This document shows positions 1 to 8,324 of a DNA stretch of 64,000 nt, in pieces (positions within the stretch are counted from its first letter, which is position 1; each line of letters opens with the position of its first letter). The position numbers were made by a program, and so were the translations under genes. The notes beneath the pieces were generated by a model. The model was given only the letters and a program-made list of their open reading frames with translations, was not told where the DNA came from and did no database searches. Source of the DNA: Nitrospirota bacterium (GTDB lineage: Bacteria; Nitrospirota; UBA9217); contig CAVVUN010000015.1 of the NCBI GenBank assembly GCA_963751455.1, positions 1,472,001 to 1,536,000 on the forward strand, written 5' to 3'.

Positions 1-598
1 AGAACGAGATCTGGTTGTACAGGTTTGTCAGCGGGTCGCGCGTTGCGAACCGCTCTATCTCCATCTTATACGCAGCCAGCGTCTTGGCGGATACAACGAT
101 GTTGATGAGACCGGTAAGGATGTTGTCGATCGCGATGTCCTGCTCGTCGCTGAGGGTGGTTTTGTTCAGCCCGATTCCTACCATGCCCTTTATTTTGAGT
201 TCATCGAGTGCAAACTTCCTGGACCGTACATCGATGGTGTCCGAAGGGAATTCCGGAAGAAAAAGGGAGGGGACCGCGGTGGTGTGAATAACAGGTACAT
301 TTTCTATCGAGTCGAAGTCGCTGTCCGCGGCAACCGTGTCTCTCATGGCTCGAACGGCGATGTCCTTCGATGAGGACACCGGCGTGCTGCTCCAGAAAAA
401 CTTGAGAATGTGTTTGTCGTCTCGATCAGGGTGAAAAATATAAAGAAAATAGATGTCGAAGATTGCCTTCGCGGCCACGATAATATTGCTGATGCGGCTT
501 TCAGCGTTCTCGATGGTTACGGCATTGAGCGAGAACTCCTTCAACAAGGATGATTGAAATTCCAGGACAGGGTTTTTGCGCTTGTTGAAAAAAAACAC
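1..598 (-). CDS. GGDEF-domain (diguanylate cyclase-like) protein, 5' part; runs off the window start
   Basis: Not in the ORF track. Manual translation gives an open frame from GTG at 598 (AGGAGG upstream) to position 1, ending ...EIERFATRDPLTNLYNQISF, the typical DxLTxLxN entry into a GGDEF domain. Confidence 0.75.
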   Translation of the reverse strand, partial: MFFFNKRKNPVLEFQSSLLKEFSLNAVTIENAESRISNIIVAAKAIFDIYFLYIFHPDRDDKHILKFFWSSTPVSSSKDIAVRAMRDTVAADSDFDSIENVPVIHTTAVPSLFLPEFPSDTIDVRSRKFALDELKIKGMVGIGLNKTTLSDEQDIAIDNILTGLINIVVSAKTLAAYKMEIERFATRDPLTNLYNQISF

Positions 599-938
599 GT
601 TCGGTCCTCCTGCCGGTGCAGCGCCAATTCGGCTTTTCGGCAGATTGATGCTCTTTGACGCCGGTCAAAGAACGAAAATCATCATACAGCATGCAGCACG
701 ATAAAGACTGCACATTAACAGGTCGGTACATTACATCATTGTCTAAGAGAGGAGCGGGCCAGGTGGAACTGTTCGAGATGCTGCACAAGACTATGAGGAA
801 ATTCATGGTTGAGGCAGGTGAACAGGCTGCTGTCGAAGTATATCGTACTGTTCCTTTTTGTCAATGATTAAAATCCCGGGCCGGACACAGAGGGAAAAAA
901 AACTTGCAATACCGCGGAGAAAAAGGGAAAATATCGGC

Positions 939-2492
939 ATGAAAAAGAGCACTCTTCGTGAAGATGTCGCGCAGATGGTCATTCCGAGGGTCGAAGGCGA
1001 CCAGCTCGAAAATGCTGAGTACCGCAGCGAGATGGAAGCCCTCGTTCGTGAAGGAGTCGGCGGACTTATCCTGTTCAAAGGAGATATTGCAAATACCCCG
1101 GCCCGTCTTCGCGAGCTGCAAAAACTGTCGAAGGTGCCCCTTTTCATCACGTCGGATGTCGAACGCGGTCTCGGACAGCAGCTTGTCGGGGGCACTCGTT
1201 TCCCGAGCCAGCGGGCTGTTTCTTCAGCAATCAGCAGGCGTTCGAAGCAGGACGGCACGCTGCTCAGCCAGATGCTTGACGCTGTCAGGACCGAGACCCG
1301 CGCAGCCGGCATCCACGGAGTTTTTTCTCCGGTCGTGGACGTAAACAGCAACCCGAATAATCCGATCATCTGCACCCGCGCGTTCGGGGATGAACCGGAA
1401 ATCGTAGAATGGTTCGGAAGGCGCTACATCACGCAGCTCCAGAAGCACAGCAAGGACGGCCGGTTTGAAGTGCTGGCATGCGCCAAACATTTTCCCGGCC
1501 ACGGAGACACGGACCAGGATTCCCATTCCGTGCTCCCCAAGATCAGCGCAGACCGCGCGCGATTGAACAGGCTGGATTTGCCGCCGTTTCGCGAGGCGGT
1601 GAAAGACGGCGTGGGTATGATTATGGTTGCGCATCTTCTCGTCCCGGCCCTCGATGCTTCAAAACCGACCACGTTCTCCAAGAAAACCGTTACCGCTCTC
1701 CTTCGTGAAGGCATGGCTTTTGAGGGCCTGATCGTGTCCGATGCTCTGAACATGTCCGCACTTTTCGGGGAATATACAGAGGAGGAGATAGCTGTCCGCG
1801 CGGTCGAGGCCGGCATGGACATCCTGCTGCATCCGAACGACGCGCGCGTGACGATCAATGCGGTGGTAGCTGCGGTGGAGCAGGGCAGGCTGACCCATCA
1901 ACGGATTGAAGAGTCAGTCTCTCGGATCATGAATGCCAAAAAAAGGCTGGGTCTTTTCGAACCCGAATCAGCGGGGAAAATCGAGATCGATTACGAGAGG
2001 CACCGGTCCATAGCCCGGGAAATCAGCCGAAAGGCGCTCAAGATCGTATCCGGAAACAAGAAGCTCCTGCCGCTCAAAACCGAATCCGCGGCGTGCTTTC
2101 TGCTTGATGACGATGCAGCAGGAAGGGGAGAGACGTTTTTCGGGAGTTTGCAGGCAAAGGTCGTTAATTTCAGCGGAACGAAACTGACGCCGGATTCGGA
2201 CCTGTCACGGGAGCACATACTGGAAAAGGTGGCAGTTGCTGACTGGGTTGTTCTTCCGATTGTTTCAAAGATTTCCGCGTCGAAGGGGCGGTCCGGCATT
2301 TCGCTGAAACTGCAGGAAACGGCGCATCTGATAATCGGCGCTGCAAAGAAAGCAAAGAAGCCGGCTGTCGTCATTTCCTTTGACAGCCCTTATATCCTCG
2401 AGCAATTCAGAACAGCGGACATGTGCATCGCGGGGTATGACTGGATGGATGAGATCCAGCAGGCAGCAGTGGAGCTGCTGGTCGGCAAATAA
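939..2492 (+). CDS. nagZ: Beta-N-acetylhexosaminidase, glycoside hydrolase family 3
   Basis: GH3 motifs DVERG, PVVDV..NP.NPII..RAFG, KHFPGHGDTDQDSH (NagZ Asp-His dyad) and SDALNM, plus a C-terminal GH3 domain. Start placed at ATG 939. Confidence 0.88.
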   Translation: MKKSTLREDVAQMVIPRVEGDQLENAEYRSEMEALVREGVGGLILFKGDIANTPARLRELQKLSKVPLFITSDVERGLGQQLVGGTRFPSQRAVSSAISRRSKQDGTLLSQMLDAVRTETRAAGIHGVFSPVVDVNSNPNNPIICTRAFGDEPEIVEWFGRRYITQLQKHSKDGRFEVLACAKHFPGHGDTDQDSHSVLPKISADRARLNRLDLPPFREAVKDGVGMIMVAHLLVPALDASKPTTFSKKTVTALLREGMAFEGLIVSDALNMSALFGEYTEEEIAVRAVEAGMDILLHPNDARVTINAVVAAVEQGRLTHQRIEESVSRIMNAKKRLGLFEPESAGKIEIDYERHRSIAREISRKALKIVSGNKKLLPLKTESAACFLLDDDAAGRGETFFGSLQAKVVNFSGTKLTPDSDLSREHILEKVAVADWVVLPIVSKISASKGRSGISLKLQETAHLIIGAAKKAKKPAVVISFDSPYILEQFRTADMCIAGYDWMDEIQQAAVELLVGK

Positions 2493-2694
2493 CTCTACCC
2501 ACACCAAAATTTCTCGACAGCCAAAAATCGAATGATATTTTGCCGCAAAGATGCGCAAAAGTCACAAAAGTTTTTGCTAGGGTATTTCGAGGAAATCGAA
2601 GCGAAGTGGCGGACCTGTAGCATCCTAAATAACTAGTGTAGAGTTTCTTAAATAGATGGTGTTATAAGATGGAGCGACAAATCGTCCTTATCTC

Positions 2695-2767
2695 GTCATT
2701 CCGGCTTGTCCGGAATCTTTCCACCCATTCAGAAGGATTCCCGACGCGCTTCGCTTGCGGGAATGAC
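2695..2767. repeat. REP-like palindromic element (GTCATTCC...GGAATGAC)
   Basis: Terminal inverted repeat GTCATTCC/GGAATGAC with internal hairpins, between convergent genes. Confidence 0.7.
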
Positions 2768-2823
2768 CGTCTTGGGAAAGTGACTATGGCCGCAATAACA
2801 CCATTCGTTTGTGAGACACTACA

Positions 2824-3168
2824 CTAGTGGTATCCCCGCTCGCCGTACGGTTTGAGTTTTTCCAGCCACATGGATTCCAGCGCTTTCAAATCCTCTTTAT
2901 AATCATGCTTCGGTTTATCAAACGGTTTTAGTTCGTCCAGCACGTCGATGATGAAGCACTCTTCTCCCATCTCGTTCCATTCCTTCGAAAGCGCCGGACT
3001 TGGCAGAAATGATCCCATCTTCAGTTGGAATCGCAGGCTGTTAATTGTCCCTTGCGTGTTCGCACTTGCCGCAATGTAAATTCGCCCATTCCTGATATTT
3101 TTAACCTGTACGATGCCTATTGGCTGAAGAGCGTTCTTATATTCTTTTATGATTTGCCTGCGGCTCAT
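2824..3168 (-). CDS. Small GIY-YIG nuclease family protein
   Basis: GIVQVKN..NGRIYI motif, then RFQL.MG..L..EW..GE..F...VLDEL and C-terminal WLEKL.P...GY. Confidence 0.7.
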   Translation of the reverse strand: MSRRQIIKEYKNALQPIGIVQVKNIRNGRIYIAASANTQGTINSLRFQLKMGSFLPSPALSKEWNEMGEECFIIDVLDELKPFDKPKHDYKEDLKALESMWLEKLKPYGERGYH

Positions 3169-3190
3169 CGTACCCTTCCTTAATTAATTT

Positions 3191-3343
3191 TTATTTTTGT
3201 GTTTGCCAAACAAGATACAACGCAAAAGAAAGAGCAATTATAATCCAGATCGCAGTCGCCAGATTTTTGCTGCCTTTCTTTTTGGATCGGGAGACAAACC
3301 ATAGAATGGCTGTAAGCGCGAGGATGACACCCGCTGTAATCAT
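3191..3343 (-). CDS. 50-aa two-helix membrane microprotein
   Basis: Manual translation MITAGVILALTAILWFVSRSKKKGSKNLATAIWIIIALSFALYLVWQTQK. GGAGGA lies upstream of the ATG; two hydrophobic segments flank a Lys-rich loop. Confidence 0.65.
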   Translation of the reverse strand: MITAGVILALTAILWFVSRSKKKGSKNLATAIWIIIALSFALYLVWQTQK

Positions 3344-3659
3344 CTTTCCTCCCAGGCGGTAATGAACATTTCTAGCTCTTAAACTTCGTTATCATGCCAA
3401 GCGGCAGTGACTCACGATCTTTGTTGTTTGACCATTGCCTTTGCATCTCTCCGGCCAAGGGCTTTGTATAACGAGATCCATGACTAGTAACCATCGAATG
3501 CGCCTCTTAATACAAAAATCGAACATGCTCCGCTTCTTTGAAACGAACTCATTCTAAAGACATCGTAAGATGTTGTCAATTTGATTTTCTGGATGGCCTG
3601 GTCGTATGGGAGCTTAATTTATTTCGATAGTATCCTGTATATTACGCTAAGCTTTAATT

Positions 3660-5807
3660 ATGAACTTGAAAGATATGCACAAATATGGCGTATCCATGAA
3701 AATGATTGAAGCGCTTGGCGCGGCCGGTCTCAACCATTTATACCCTCCGCAGGTTCTTGCTTTGGAGGTAGGGTTGCTGAGGGCCGATGACTCATTCGTG
3801 ATTGCAGCACCGACCGCTTCCGGCAAGACACTAATCGCGGAGATGGCTGCACTGAAAGTATTCTTAGAGAAAGAGGGAAAGACCATCTATACGGTGCCGC
3901 TTCGGGCACTGGCCAGGGAAAAATACGAGGATCTTATACGGAAATACTCAAAGATCGGGATGAAGATTGTACAGAGCACCGGTGATTTCGACCGGGCGGA
4001 CCCGTGGCTGCGAAATGCGGACCTGATCATTTCTACAAATGAAAAGATTGATTCACTTCTCCGGCATCGGGCTTCCTGGCTCACGGATGTACGTCTTGTT
4101 GTCGCGGACGAGGTGCATCTGATCGGGGACAGGCACCGCGGCCCCACTCTGGAGATCGTATTGACGAGGCTCAGGAAGGAAATGCCGCGGATGCGGGTAA
4201 TTGCATTGAGCGCCACCATCCCTAATGCACGGGAGATCGCTCAATGGCTCAATGCAAAACTGGTGACATCCGACTGGCGGCCGGTGCCTCTCAGAGAAGG
4301 CGTCTATTCCGGGGGTGCGGTGATCTTTAATGACGGGACCGTAACGTGGATTACCGAGGAAAGCAAGGTAGATGCCATCGATCTTGCTATTGATACCATA
4401 CGCAGCGGAGGCCAGGCCCTCGTATTCGTGAATACCCGTAAATCCGCGGAAGCAGTGGCACACAAGGCTGCAATGCGCATATCCCCGCTCCTTAATGATG
4501 AAGAGCGTGAAGCCCTCAAAAAAATGACGGACAGGGCTTCAACTGCAGCTTCGGAACCAACCAGGCTTTCCAGGAAAATATCCGAACAGATATCAACCGG
4601 TGTTGCGTTTCATCATGCCGGAATTCTTGCTTCCCATAGAAGAATTATCGAAGACTCCTTCCGGCAGAACAAAATCAAGTTCCTGTCGGCGACGACCACA
4701 CTTGCGATGGGTTTGAACCTCCCCTCACGCCGGGTCATCATTCGCGACTGGAGGCGGTACGAGTCCGGAGAGGGGATGCGTCCGCTTCCGGTGATGGAAA
4801 TTAAGCAGATGTCCGGCAGGGCGGGAAGACCGGGGTTCGATGAATACGGCGAAGCCGTGCTCATAGCCGGCAGCAAGCAGGACGAGCGGGTGTTGTTCGA
4901 GCGATACATCAAGGGAAAGCCGGAGGACATAAAATCCCGGCTCGGAAGCGAATCAGCTCTCCGGACCCATGTCCTTGCCTCAATCGCCGGCGGTTATGTC
5001 TCAGATGTGAAAGACCTGAGGGAATTCCTGGGGCAAACTCTTTTTGCGCTCCAGACCGGAGTTGAATCCATACTGAGGTTAGCCGATGAGATCCTTGCAT
5101 TTCTCATTGATCAGGGTTTAATCAAGGAAAAGGAGCGGCTATATGCAACGCGGTTCGGCAGGAGGGTGTCCGAGCTCTACATCGACCCGCTTTCCGGGGT
5201 TTTGCTGAGGGATAGTCTTACGATTGATCTGGAGAAGGAGACTTTCGGTCTGCTCCACATGATCGCAAGGACTCCTGATATGATGACGCTTTCACTCAGG
5301 CAATCCGAAATCGATTATATGCTCGCCCTGTTCACAGCGAATGCCGATAAGCTCCTCATCCCCGAAAAAAAGCTCCATCCAACAGAGGAAATGCTTGCTG
5401 AGATCAAGACTGCGGCGCTTCTTGGGGAGTGGATCGAGGAAAGCCCGGAGGAACGTATTACCACGGTATTTGGTGTGGGACCGGGTGATATCCATAACGT
5501 CGTTGAACTTGCCGACTGGCTCTTGTATTCGTCATTCGAGATTGCGAAGATATTCAAGCTGGAAGAAGCGGAGAGCGCTCTTGCTTCAGTGAGAGCACGC
5601 GTTCTGTACGGCGTCAAGGAGGAACTGCTCCCGCTTGTTTCTCTTAAAGGCATTGGAAGGATCAGGGGAAGAAATCTTTTCAATGCCGGATACAAGCACC
5701 AGAAGGATATCCGGGAAGCGGACATAAAGGATCTGGAAAAAGTGCCGGCTATCGGGAAGGCAATTGCGGAGGAGATCAAGAAGCAGGTTTTTGTCGAAGC
5801 GGCTTAG
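3660..5807 (+). CDS. hel308: Ski2-like SF2 helicase, archaeal Hel308/Hjm type
   Basis: APTASGKT, DEVH, SAT, HHAG, TTTLAMGLNLP, QMSGRAGRP; winged-helix and ratchet region (ATRFGRRVSELYIDP); C-terminal YGVKEELLPLVSLKGIGRIRGR and HhH. Confidence 0.85.
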   Translation: MNLKDMHKYGVSMKMIEALGAAGLNHLYPPQVLALEVGLLRADDSFVIAAPTASGKTLIAEMAALKVFLEKEGKTIYTVPLRALAREKYEDLIRKYSKIGMKIVQSTGDFDRADPWLRNADLIISTNEKIDSLLRHRASWLTDVRLVVADEVHLIGDRHRGPTLEIVLTRLRKEMPRMRVIALSATIPNAREIAQWLNAKLVTSDWRPVPLREGVYSGGAVIFNDGTVTWITEESKVDAIDLAIDTIRSGGQALVFVNTRKSAEAVAHKAAMRISPLLNDEEREALKKMTDRASTAASEPTRLSRKISEQISTGVAFHHAGILASHRRIIEDSFRQNKIKFLSATTTLAMGLNLPSRRVIIRDWRRYESGEGMRPLPVMEIKQMSGRAGRPGFDEYGEAVLIAGSKQDERVLFERYIKGKPEDIKSRLGSESALRTHVLASIAGGYVSDVKDLREFLGQTLFALQTGVESILRLADEILAFLIDQGLIKEKERLYATRFGRRVSELYIDPLSGVLLRDSLTIDLEKETFGLLHMIARTPDMMTLSLRQSEIDYMLALFTANADKLLIPEKKLHPTEEMLAEIKTAALLGEWIEESPEERITTVFGVGPGDIHNVVELADWLLYSSFEIAKIFKLEEAESALASVRARVLYGVKEELLPLVSLKGIGRIRGRNLFNAGYKHQKDIREADIKDLEKVPAIGKAIAEEIKKQVFVEAA

Positions 5808-5920
5808 AGTTGCCTCAATTCTCCTTTTTTTACCCTGCCTGTAACAAAGTCTTATGTTCCTGAATAGAGGAAACATCAAAAAAATAATTCTCAAATAATA
5901 AAATTCATACTTGTGACTGA

Positions 5921-5949
5921 TTGACAGTAAATACAGCGGGAACTATCTT
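5921..5949 (+). promoter_or_regulatory. Sigma70-like promoter
   Basis: TTGACA-N17-TATCTT upstream of the 5998 ORF. Confidence 0.5.
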
Positions 5950-5997
5950 TAAGACCATGTCATTACTCATTATCTTAGATTCCGGGAGGATGGTAGT

Positions 5998-7143
5998 ATG
6001 AAAAAAAGCATTGTTATAGCAATGGCTTTTATAATCATGGTACTTGTTCTCGGCCTGTCTTCGTATTCCTGCGGCTCAAAAAGTCATCGCGCTTCTGCAA
6101 ACTATGCTGTTTACGTAACTAATAGTTCATCACAAAGCAGTGGAGGCGCAATAAGTAAGCAGGTAAGCGATGTTAATACCGCGGTTACGGGAAACAGTGG
6201 TATGGCATTATTCAGCCGACTAACTGTAACTCTTACTAATATTGAACTGACCGATGCAACAGGCGGAGCGGCTGTCGACGTGCTGACCATTCCGGTTATG
6301 TTTGATATCGCAAATGTCGGGAATACAATGCAGCTGGTAAATGTCGGGGCCGGTCAGGCCGATTCATTTAATCGGCTCCAGATTCAATTTAATAGGAACA
6401 CCCAGGTATTAAGCGGTCCGACCGGTACGCCTGAGTCGTGCACATTCGTTTCGTATAAAGAAACCGGCAGCTCAAACCAGCCGAATATACTTCTCTGCGA
6501 TGCTGTAACCAACATATGTACTTTAAATATAAGCGGCGCAGTCAATCTGCTTGCAGCTGAAAAGAATAAAATCGGCCTGGATTTCCATCTCAAGGATTTT
6601 GAAATTGTTAATCCGGGCACGCCTGACTGCGCCATAACGATGAAGGTTTCACCGCTGAACAGCTCAAACATAAAATCACTCGGTTATCCGGAAGCGATCA
6701 CCGGCACAGTATCAGGCCTCAGTACAGCGAACAAGACATTTACTTTGACGCGCGGAAGCAGGACATTCACCGTTTTCTATAAGGAAATAACTGCCACGAA
6801 CCAGCCGGCGCTTAATACGCTGCTCGAGCGGGCCGAGGACGATGGATTGAGGATAAGAGTCTTCTCCCCGGATATAGATTTTATCGGCAACTCCATCGAA
6901 GCGTCGAAGATCTTAGTGAAAGTGGAAGGGAATGTATTTGACGCGACAAGCGGCGGCTTTTCTGTTGCTTATGGAAGTGCAGCAGCTTCCATCGACATTG
7001 ATTCGAGCGCCGCCACGATTGAAGGCACCGTGACGAACGGCTCGTGGGTCGACGTGAAATTATACGGCTACTCGGCTGCCAACGATGACTTTCTGGCGAA
7101 CAAGGTTGAAGTGGAGGATCAGGGGGCCATGTCCGAAGATTAA
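5998..7143 (+). CDS. Lipoprotein, DUF4382/DUF5666-like
   Basis: Signal peptide with Cys (SYSCG); beta-rich body with LDFHL motif; C-terminal repeats ending VDVK.G......FLANKVEVED; GGAGG RBS. Confidence 0.6.
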   Translation: MKKSIVIAMAFIIMVLVLGLSSYSCGSKSHRASANYAVYVTNSSSQSSGGAISKQVSDVNTAVTGNSGMALFSRLTVTLTNIELTDATGGAAVDVLTIPVMFDIANVGNTMQLVNVGAGQADSFNRLQIQFNRNTQVLSGPTGTPESCTFVSYKETGSSNQPNILLCDAVTNICTLNISGAVNLLAAEKNKIGLDFHLKDFEIVNPGTPDCAITMKVSPLNSSNIKSLGYPEAITGTVSGLSTANKTFTLTRGSRTFTVFYKEITATNQPALNTLLERAEDDGLRIRVFSPDIDFIGNSIEASKILVKVEGNVFDATSGGFSVAYGSAAASIDIDSSAATIEGTVTNGSWVDVKLYGYSAANDDFLANKVEVEDQGAMSED

Positions 7144-7163
7144 TGATTTGCGGAGATCCGAGT

Positions 7164-7200
7164 AAAAGGCGGTCTCGACTATGAGATCGCCTTTATTTAT
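7164..7200 (+). terminator. Intrinsic terminator
   Basis: AAAGGCGGTCTC-GACTAT-GAGATCGCCTTT hairpin followed by a T-rich tail. Confidence 0.65.
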
Positions 7201-7256
7201 CTATAATTCCCTTTCAATTTATAAATCCTTAGTATTAGTAAAAATTAATAACGGGC

Positions 7257-7284
7257 TTGACAACATACTTCATAGAGATATTCT
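7257..7284 (+). promoter_or_regulatory. Sigma70-like promoter
   Basis: TTGACA-N16-TATTCT. Confidence 0.4.
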
Positions 7285-7712
7285 TAATAATATAGGCTAA
7301 TCAAATATTTGCGTCTGCCTGACATACCAGAAAAGTGAGCCAGCGATGATCATCCAGAAAAAACAAGCAAAAGAAGAAACAGACAGAATGAACAAGCCCA
7401 GTAATTATTCTCTTTGCCGTTCCAGCTGTTCCACCTGCCCTTATCATGAAGGCCTGCTGAAGCTGCTCGATCACGGGAAAAAAATAGTTCCTACCCTGCC
7501 TGTATGCGATAATTAAAACGCAGTTCTTCATGATCTTTTCAATTTCAGTCATCCCGGTTGCGCAGCAATCGATGAAGCGCTGCAATTTTGCCGGTATGAA
7601 ACGCTTTTACTTCGCTCGAAAAAAAGCAGGCACTTTTCCCGTTTGGATCAATTCAGATGATAATTTCCGCTAAAAATACATCTATAGAATTAGTCGAAAT
7701 TTAATAACATGG

Positions 7713-7740
7713 TTGACAAGTCTTAAGGCGGAGGTATTCT
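7713..7740 (+). promoter_or_regulatory. Sigma70-like promoter
   Basis: TTGACA-N16-TATTCT upstream of the 7869 ORF. Confidence 0.45.
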
Positions 7741-7868
7741 TATTATATAGTTATTAAGCAATTGTCCAATGCCGCAATAAGACTCAGTCTACTTGAGCAC
7801 CCAGAAAGAAGCATCTTAGTTCTATTTTATTAGTCTCAAATCAGTGTCCAGTAAATCCCAACACTCAA

Positions 7869-8108
7869 ATGCCGGAGACAACCATGACCATTAAAAAGGA
7901 AAAGCTGGAGATGCTTCTCAAGGAGCTTCCTGATAACGTAGATATCGGGGATGTTATGTTTCGCCTCTATTTACTGCAAAAGGCAGAATCAAGAAACACA
8001 GAATCGGGAGGGGATCAGCTTGAGGCAGGCAAGAACCTTCCGCATGACGAAGTATTGATTTCAAATTTTACTGCAGCTCAATTTTCCAGGTCAGGCCGCC
8101 CACTCTAG
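7869..8108 (+). CDS. Small protein resembling type II antitoxins that precede RelE/ParE toxins; orphan
   Basis: LPDNVDIGDVMFRLYLLQK...LEAGKNLPHDEV resembles the LPD...DIMYRLY...G..D..AGR...HEEV pattern. No toxin ORF follows. Confidence 0.45.
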   Translation: MPETTMTIKKEKLEMLLKELPDNVDIGDVMFRLYLLQKAESRNTESGGDQLEAGKNLPHDEVLISNFTAAQFSRSGRPL

Positions 8109-8131
8109 CAGAAGCAAATAACTCTCGTAAT

Positions 8132-8263
8132 GTCATTGCGCAAAGCGTTCTTTGCGGGCGCGGTAATCTTGAAGTTATTGATTCTTTAAAAACGAGATTG
8201 CTTGCTTCGTACCCTGCACTCGCGCCTGCGCACTCGTTGTCGCGGGCATAGGCTCGAAAGGAC
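8132..8263. repeat. Degenerate GTCATTGCG...GAGATTGC palindromic element
   Basis: GTCATTGCG, TAATCT and GAGATTGCTT modules; related to the intact copy at 40231-40353. Confidence 0.5.
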
Positions 8264-8324
8264 ATTTAAAATCGCTTTTTAGACCGGAGAGCAGGGCGAA
8301 CAAGGAAGTTCGTTTTGTTCAAGG

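Noticed and set aside
15-867. ORF-track calls 15-287, 501-806 and 655-867
   Set aside because: They overlap the better-supported minus-strand GGDEF gene or its upstream region and have no motifs.
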